From: Deltaproteobacteria bacterium
GTDB taxonomy: Bacteria > Myxococcota_A > Polyangia > Polyangiales > Ga0077539
DNA: 64,000 nt
NCBI GenBank assembly: GCA_947477565.1
Contig: CANJUR010000010.1
Span: 157 to 64,156, forward strand
Reading direction: 5' to 3'
This document shows positions 59,524 through 64,000 of the stretch, piece by piece; within the stretch, counting starts at the first letter, position 1, and each line of letters begins with the position of its first letter. A program made the translations under genes and the position numbers. A model generated the notes under the pieces. It was given only the letters and a program-made list of their open reading frames with translations. It was not told the DNA's origin and ran no database searches.

Positions 59524-60789
59524 ATGATTGACGTCGTGCGTCGTCGGCGTGTGATCTTTGCGGCGGTCTCCATCACGACCGTCGCGGCGGTGATCGTGGC
59601 ATCCCGGGCGGTGCTGCTGCCCTTCGTACTGGGCGTACTGCTCGCGTACGTGCTGCACCCCGTGGTGGGAGCCCTTACGCGGGTGAGTGTTCGCGGTCGG
59701 TCCGTGCCGCGCTGGGTCGCGGTGCTCGGCCTCTACGTCACGCTGGTGACGGCCATCGTGGTGACACTGCTCGCGGTGACGCCGAGGGTGATTTCCGAGG
59801 CCCGTTCGTTTGCGGTGACCGAACTTCCGACGCTTCGGCAGCGAATCGAGCACGACTGGATGCCCCGGGTGCGCGGGCTGGTGGCTCGGGTGCAGGGGGC
59901 AGTGGTGGCGGCGCCGCCTCGCGAGGAGGCTGAGGCGCCCAGTGGGGAGCGGCCGCGCGAAGACGGGGCGTTGCGGGTAAGCCCCGAGCCAGGGGGTGTC
60001 TATCGCGTGACGCTGCCTGCCGAAGGCGTGGTGATCGAGCGGGTCGATGACGCGCACTGGATCATGCACCCACGGCGGCGCCAGCCGAGCGAGGGCGATA
60101 CGATCCAGAGAGAACTCCGGAAGTTGGGACAGGGCCACGCGGCCGACGTGGTGCGAGTTGGGCGCGGGATCATCGGTGGCGTCATCGGTGGCATCTTCAA
60201 TTTTTTCATGACTCTGATGGTCAGCGCCTACCTGCTTGTCACCGAGGCACGGGTGCTGGGGTTCTTCCGCACGCTGGTGCGTCCGGAGTCACGGGACAGT
60301 TTTGATGGCCTCCTGCGGCGTCTCGACCGCGGCCTGTCCGGGGTCGTTCGTGGACAGCTCATCATCTGTCTCGTCAACGGTTCACTGAGCGCGATCGGCT
60401 TCGCCATGGCCGATTTGAAGTACTGGCCGACGCTGGCGTTGGTGGCGACCATCTTCTCGCTCATCCCCATCTTCGGAACGGTGCTCAGCTCCGTGCCCGC
60501 GGTCGCCATCGGGCTTACTCAGGGCTTTGGCACCGCGCTCTTCGTCCTGCTCTGGATCATCGGGATCCATCAACTCGAGGCCAACCTGCTCAACCCCAAG
60601 ATCATGGGAGATCAGGCGAAGATTCATCCGGTGCTGGTGGTGTTCTCCCTGCTCGCCGGCGAGCACGCGTTCGGCATCCTCGGGGCGTTGCTCGCCGTAC
60701 CCACGATGTCCGTGGCGCAGACGTTGTTCCTACACTGGCGCACGTATGCACTGGGCTACGGCGAACCCGCCACCGATTCGGTTTCCTAG
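59524..60789 (+). CDS. AI-2E family transporter (PerM/UPF0118)
   Basis: 421 aa with multiple TM helices and a central soluble insert. Its C-terminal motifs are typical of the family (IPIFGTVLSSVPAV, IHPVLVVFSLLAGEHAFGILGALLAVP). Confidence 0.85.
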   Translation: MIDVVRRRRVIFAAVSITTVAAVIVASRAVLLPFVLGVLLAYVLHPVVGALTRVSVRGRSVPRWVAVLGLYVTLVTAIVVTLLAVTPRVISEARSFAVTELPTLRQRIEHDWMPRVRGLVARVQGAVVAAPPREEAEAPSGERPREDGALRVSPEPGGVYRVTLPAEGVVIERVDDAHWIMHPRRRQPSEGDTIQRELRKLGQGHAADVVRVGRGIIGGVIGGIFNFFMTLMVSAYLLVTEARVLGFFRTLVRPESRDSFDGLLRRLDRGLSGVVRGQLIICLVNGSLSAIGFAMADLKYWPTLALVATIFSLIPIFGTVLSSVPAVAIGLTQGFGTALFVLLWIIGIHQLEANLLNPKIMGDQAKIHPVLVVFSLLAGEHAFGILGALLAVPTMSVAQTLFLHWRTYALGYGEPATDSVS

Positions 60790-60793
60790 GAGG
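60788..60793 (+). promoter_or_regulatory. Shine-Dalgarno (AGGAGG) for the vWA lipoprotein gene
   Basis: AGGAGG at 60788-60793 overlaps the upstream TAG stop and lies 6 nt before GTG 60800. Confidence 0.5.
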
Positions 60794-60799
60794 GTGACG

Positions 60800-61900
60800 G
60801 TGTCCGGTCGTTCATCGTTCGCAGTAATCGTCGCGCTCGCAACAGCTATTTTGTCGTGCGGCGCGAAGACCGGACTGCTCGTCGATTCCGGTTCGGATCA
60901 CCTCGACGCAGTGCTCGACCGCCCCGACGCGCTCGCTCCTGACTCATGCGTCCCCCGGGTCATCGTCGCTTCTCCTTCCTCGGTCGAACTCATCCTCCTC
61001 GCGGATCGCTCGACCTCGATGGAGCGTGATCTTCTCGGCGGGGCCGCTACGCCACGTCGCTGGGACGTCCTGCGGGATGCCCTCGCGACCACGCTTCCCC
61101 GCTACCAGGACCGCATCGCCATGGGGCTCCAGTTCTTCCCTGGCATCGGCCTCGTGGGCGTCTGCGCGGTGAGTGACACGCCGGACCTGCTCCCTGCGGT
61201 GTCGCAGGCGCTGCCGATACTCCTGCGCTTCTCCCGCACGGAGCCCAACGGGCGGACGCCCACCTGGCTCGGCGTGCGGTCGGTCGGTCGCTATCTGCTC
61301 GGGCGTGCTGCGCCTCGGCGATTTCGCGCGATCCTGCTGGCCACGGATGGAGCGCCGAACTGCAACGGCGCTCTCGACGGCGCTCGTTGCACCTGCACCG
61401 CGCTCGGCGGCGTCGGGCAGCAGCAATGCGAGGACGACCCTTCGCTCTGTCTCGACGACGGCCGCACCGTGGCAGAGGTTGCTCGCCTCGCTCAACAGGG
61501 GATTCCCACTTACGTGGTCGGCATCGACGGGGACAATCAGCCCGAGTTGATCACGGTGCTCTCGCAGTTGGCGGTCGCCGGTGGACGCCCAAACCTTGCG
61601 ACGGCGGTGCGGCCTTATTACAGCGTCCGTCGACCCGAAGATCTCCCGAGCGCGTTCGACCAGATTCAGAGGCAGGTGTCGCGGTGCGTCTTCGGCGTCG
61701 CGCCGCCGGTCGAGGGCACTGCGACGGCCGACGTTACGCTGGATACTCAGCCGATCGCGCGCGACCCGTCTCGCCAGACCGGCTGGGACTGGACCGACGA
61801 TGAGCGAACCACGCTCACGTTGTTCGGCGCAGCGTGCGAGCGCGCGTCGGCGACTCAGGCGTCGGTGCAGGTCACGGTCTCTTGCGACGGCACGCGCTGA
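60800..61900 (+). CDS. von Willebrand factor A domain lipoprotein
   Basis: The real part of track ORF 60527..61900 starts at GTG 60800 (or 60794) with a lipobox (TAILSC). Has the MIDAS-like motif LILLADRSTSM, ILLATDGAPNC and VVGIDG. Confidence 0.7.
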   Translation: MSGRSSFAVIVALATAILSCGAKTGLLVDSGSDHLDAVLDRPDALAPDSCVPRVIVASPSSVELILLADRSTSMERDLLGGAATPRRWDVLRDALATTLPRYQDRIAMGLQFFPGIGLVGVCAVSDTPDLLPAVSQALPILLRFSRTEPNGRTPTWLGVRSVGRYLLGRAAPRRFRAILLATDGAPNCNGALDGARCTCTALGGVGQQQCEDDPSLCLDDGRTVAEVARLAQQGIPTYVVGIDGDNQPELITVLSQLAVAGGRPNLATAVRPYYSVRRPEDLPSAFDQIQRQVSRCVFGVAPPVEGTATADVTLDTQPIARDPSRQTGWDWTDDERTTLTLFGAACERASATQASVQVTVSCDGTR

Positions 61901-62479
61901 TCACTCCGTCGCGACGGCGGCCTGGCGTGGGCGAAAAACCAGTCCCGCGATCGCCCCGGTGAGGGCGCCGCCGAGGTGAGCGGATAGAGCCGCGCCCGGA
62001 TCGGTGAGATCGGCGAGCAGGTGTACTGCCAGGAAAAGACCGAGGGCCGTGCGACCGCGCGATGGCGTGGTGGAAAGCTGCGCCAGGGTGAAGCTGAGCA
62101 GACCGAAGCTGCCCCCGGAGGCGCCCACGATGAGCGCGCCGGACGGGGCCGTGGACGCTGCAAGCACGCCGCCAGCGATGGTGGCTAGCGACCACGTCGT
62201 GGCCAACCGTCGGCGGCCGATGCGCTGTTCGATCCATGGGCCGAGGAGGAGTAGCGGAACGAGGTTGAGTGCGAGATGAATCGCGTGGACATGTAGCCAG
62301 CCGTGCGCTGCCAGTCGCCAGCCGTCGGCCAGGTGATGCTCGCCGGAGCGGATCGCACCCCACCGGATGAGGGCATCGGGTCCGGCGTGGTGTGCGAGGC
62401 GACGGGCCACGTGGGCAGCGACCAGCGCTGCGCCCAATGACCATGTCACGGGCGCTGAAGTGCTGATGGAGGAGCGCAT
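61901..62479 (-). CDS. rhomboid family intramembrane serine protease (short form, about 192 aa)
   Basis: Starts at the internal ATG 62479, because the track start would overlap the sigma factor gene. Has GWRL, HxxxN (HAIHLALN), the catalytic GASGG and AHLGGALTG. Confidence 0.8.
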   Translation of the reverse strand: MRSSISTSAPVTWSLGAALVAAHVARRLAHHAGPDALIRWGAIRSGEHHLADGWRLAAHGWLHVHAIHLALNLVPLLLLGPWIEQRIGRRRLATTWSLATIAGGVLAASTAPSGALIVGASGGSFGLLSFTLAQLSTTPSRGRTALGLFLAVHLLADLTDPGAALSAHLGGALTGAIAGLVFRPRQAAVATE

Positions 62480-62573
62480 CGCTGGGCTGATGGCACCGTA
62501 GCGGGATAGCCCTGCGTGAGCGGAAGTTTGCAGCAGCGGCGGGAGCAGGACTGCGAAGGGGAGAAGGGAGCTC

Positions 62574-63182
62574 TCAGGCGGCGAGCGCGGCTGGGTTGCA
62601 CCGAAGGCGTACCTGGGCACGGATCCGGTGAGCCCGGGTGTAGACCGTCTTGTCGGAGCCTCCGCAGACCCGCGCGATCTCATCGACCGAGGCTTCCTCG
62701 ACGTGGAGCATCAGCAGCAGGCGCTGGTCCTGCGGCGTAAAGGTGCGAAGTGCGTCGAGAGCATGGCTGCAGCGCTCACGGCTGGCAGTCTCCTCAAAGA
62801 GGTCGCGCTCGTCGATGCGATCGACCTCCCCGCGGGTGTCCACTGTCGCCGGGCGACGCCGGCGGGAGCGCAGGAAGTCGCGCGCCGCGTTGCCCGCGAG
62901 CAGGGCGACCCAGCTCGAGAGCCTGAGCCCGCGGATCGGGTCGAAGAGCCGGAGCTTTCGCATCTCGCGATCGACAAGCGAGAGGTAGAACTCCGCACGG
63001 ATCTCCTCCATCTCGTCGTTGCCCAGCGTGCGCGCAAAGCCCCGGCACACCCGTTCGACCTGACGCCGCACGAGGCGGTCGAAGCGCGTCTGGAACTCGC
63101 GCCAACTCCCGCTCTCACCCTGGAGCAACCTGGTGATGAGTTCCCGGTCGGTCTGCGTACTTTCGTTGTTCTGCTGGGTCAT
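62574..63182 (-). CDS. ECF-type RNA polymerase sigma factor
   Basis: ATG 63182 (MTQQNNESTQTDRELITRLLQGESGSWREFQTRFDRLV) has a region 2-like N-terminus. The region 4 HTH reads ASVDEIARVCGGSDKTVYTRAHRIRAQV. The track start, GTG 63251, is an alternative. Confidence 0.85.
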   Translation of the reverse strand: MTQQNNESTQTDRELITRLLQGESGSWREFQTRFDRLVRRQVERVCRGFARTLGNDEMEEIRAEFYLSLVDREMRKLRLFDPIRGLRLSSWVALLAGNAARDFLRSRRRRPATVDTRGEVDRIDERDLFEETASRERCSHALDALRTFTPQDQRLLLMLHVEEASVDEIARVCGGSDKTVYTRAHRIRAQVRLRCNPAALAA

Positions 63183-63211
63183 CGTGCTCGTGGCCTCCAA
63201 CGAGCCGACAG

Positions 63212-63227
63212 AGCAGTCGTCGTACCA
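63212..63227 (-). promoter_or_regulatory. sigma54-like -24/-12 element (TGGTAC-N5-CTGC) upstream of the ECF sigma gene
   Basis: The minus strand reads TGGTACGACGACTGCT, with GG and GC separated by exactly 10 nt. The GC lies about 30 nt upstream of ATG 63182, with GGAGG in between. It has two mismatches to TGGCAC-N5-TTGC and would be coding if GTG 63251 is the true start. Confidence 0.25.
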
Positions 63228-63376
63228 GCAGCCGATCTCCGACCAATCCACGTTCGGAGAGAAGTTCGATGCCGCGACGGACGTGAAGCGGGGCCGACAG
63301 CGGTTGCAGTAAGTGCACGCTCGTTCACACGACGGTGTGAGCCCCGCACTAGAACCGCTACGTCACACTCAGGACG

Positions 63377-64000
63377 TCAATCACGATTCACGATTGCGGG
63401 GCGACGACGACGAAGCCGCGCAACGATGCTCAGCGCGGCCAGTACGAAGGCATCGCCCACGCCGTGTGCGCGATGTCCGATACCGCAGGAGAGGTTGTGG
63501 GTCCCTACGATCCTTGCGCCGCCAGGCGTCGTGGCGAGTCCACCGTAGGGGATGCCAATGCAGCGGCCTGGGGGAGTCGCCCGCTCGGGGTAGATGACGC
63601 AGATGCCCGCGACGTCGTCGCTGTTCAGGTCACTGCGAATCTCGCCGAGGCCCGCGGTCGGATACATTACCGCCCTGGTAAGACTCGAATGTGCGAGGCC
63701 CAGGAAATGTCCGAATTCGTGGGTGAGGATCGTCTGAAGATCGCACTCGTCGGCATCTGGCATCCGGTCCGAGGCGAAGACGAACCCGCCGGGATTGGCC
63801 GCCGCACGGCTGTTGAGTTCGATGTCAGCGTCAAAGATCTCGCCGGTAAGCGAATCGAACGTGACCACCGTGATCGCAATTGTACCGGGTCGGTGCAGTG
63901 AGTCGTCTTCCCACCTTGGGCGGAAGGCCACGGTGTTGGAGTTGGATCCATACGGATCGAAGCCAGTGGGGTTGGAGGTCGGCCCGTCGGGTACGATCCG
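63377..64000 (-). CDS. matrixin-like zinc metalloprotease with MYXO-CTERM-like C-terminal sorting tail (5' end outside the window)
   Basis: Carries the HEFGHFLGLAHS zinc motif and a Met-turn (AVMYP). The C-terminal tail is SCGIGHRAHGVGDAFVLAALSIVARLRRRRP. The frame stays open from 63931 to the window edge (…IVPDGPTSNPTGFDPYGSNSNT…), so the gene is truncated by the window. Confidence 0.8.
   Translation of the reverse strand, partial: RIVPDGPTSNPTGFDPYGSNSNTVAFRPRWEDDSLHRPGTIAITVVTFDSLTGEIFDADIELNSRAAANPGGFVFASDRMPDADECDLQTILTHEFGHFLGLAHSSLTRAVMYPTAGLGEIRSDLNSDDVAGICVIYPERATPPGRCIGIPYGGLATTPGGARIVGTHNLSCGIGHRAHGVGDAFVLAALSIVARLRRRRPAIVNRD

Overview
High-GC chromosomal segment. Hand counts of single 60-nt lines in typical genes give about 68-77% GC. 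Gene content points to Myxococcota, which is an inference: four Hanks-type Ser/Thr kinases, one FHA-type and one STAND-type sigma54 activator, many lipobox lipoproteins, and a MYXO-CTERM-like sorting tail. Most of the window is ordinary, densely packed core or near-core genes: yajC-secD-secF, manA-like, a cell-wall amidase, glnD, xth, a TonB-dependent receptor, ribA, an acyl-CoA dehydrogenase plus flavin monooxygenase, aroA-cmk-rpsA, a HIT protein, an AI-2E transporter, a rhomboid protease, an ECF sigma factor and a matrixin-like protease. Many long antisense 'shadow' ORFs in the supplied track are high-GC artefacts and are not called. Four things stand out. (1) A roughly 5.2-kb block of lower GC (about 47-60% by hand count) at about 47.7-53.0 kb. 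It holds a 1.4-kb stretch of decayed ORF fragments and a two-gene module: a 79-aa secreted six-cysteine peptide followed by a 909-aa signal-anchored protein with a possible transglutaminase/papain-like Cys-His-Asp core. It abuts a PNGase F-like lipoprotein. No integrase, transposase or intact tRNA was found. (2) Two tandem, possibly overlapping sigma54 enhancer-binding proteins. One replaces the usual receiver domain with about 890 aa of AAA16/STAND NTPase plus TPR-like repeats. (3) A short rhomboid protease, an ECF sigma factor preceded by a sigma54-like -24/-12 element, and a metalloprotease with a MYXO-CTERM-like tail. (4) Two stretches (1-930 and 46086-46730) have no convincing CDS. I saw no rRNA, tRNA, CRISPR array, IS element or recognisable riboswitch. 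All calls rest on motif recognition by eye, and no database search was run.
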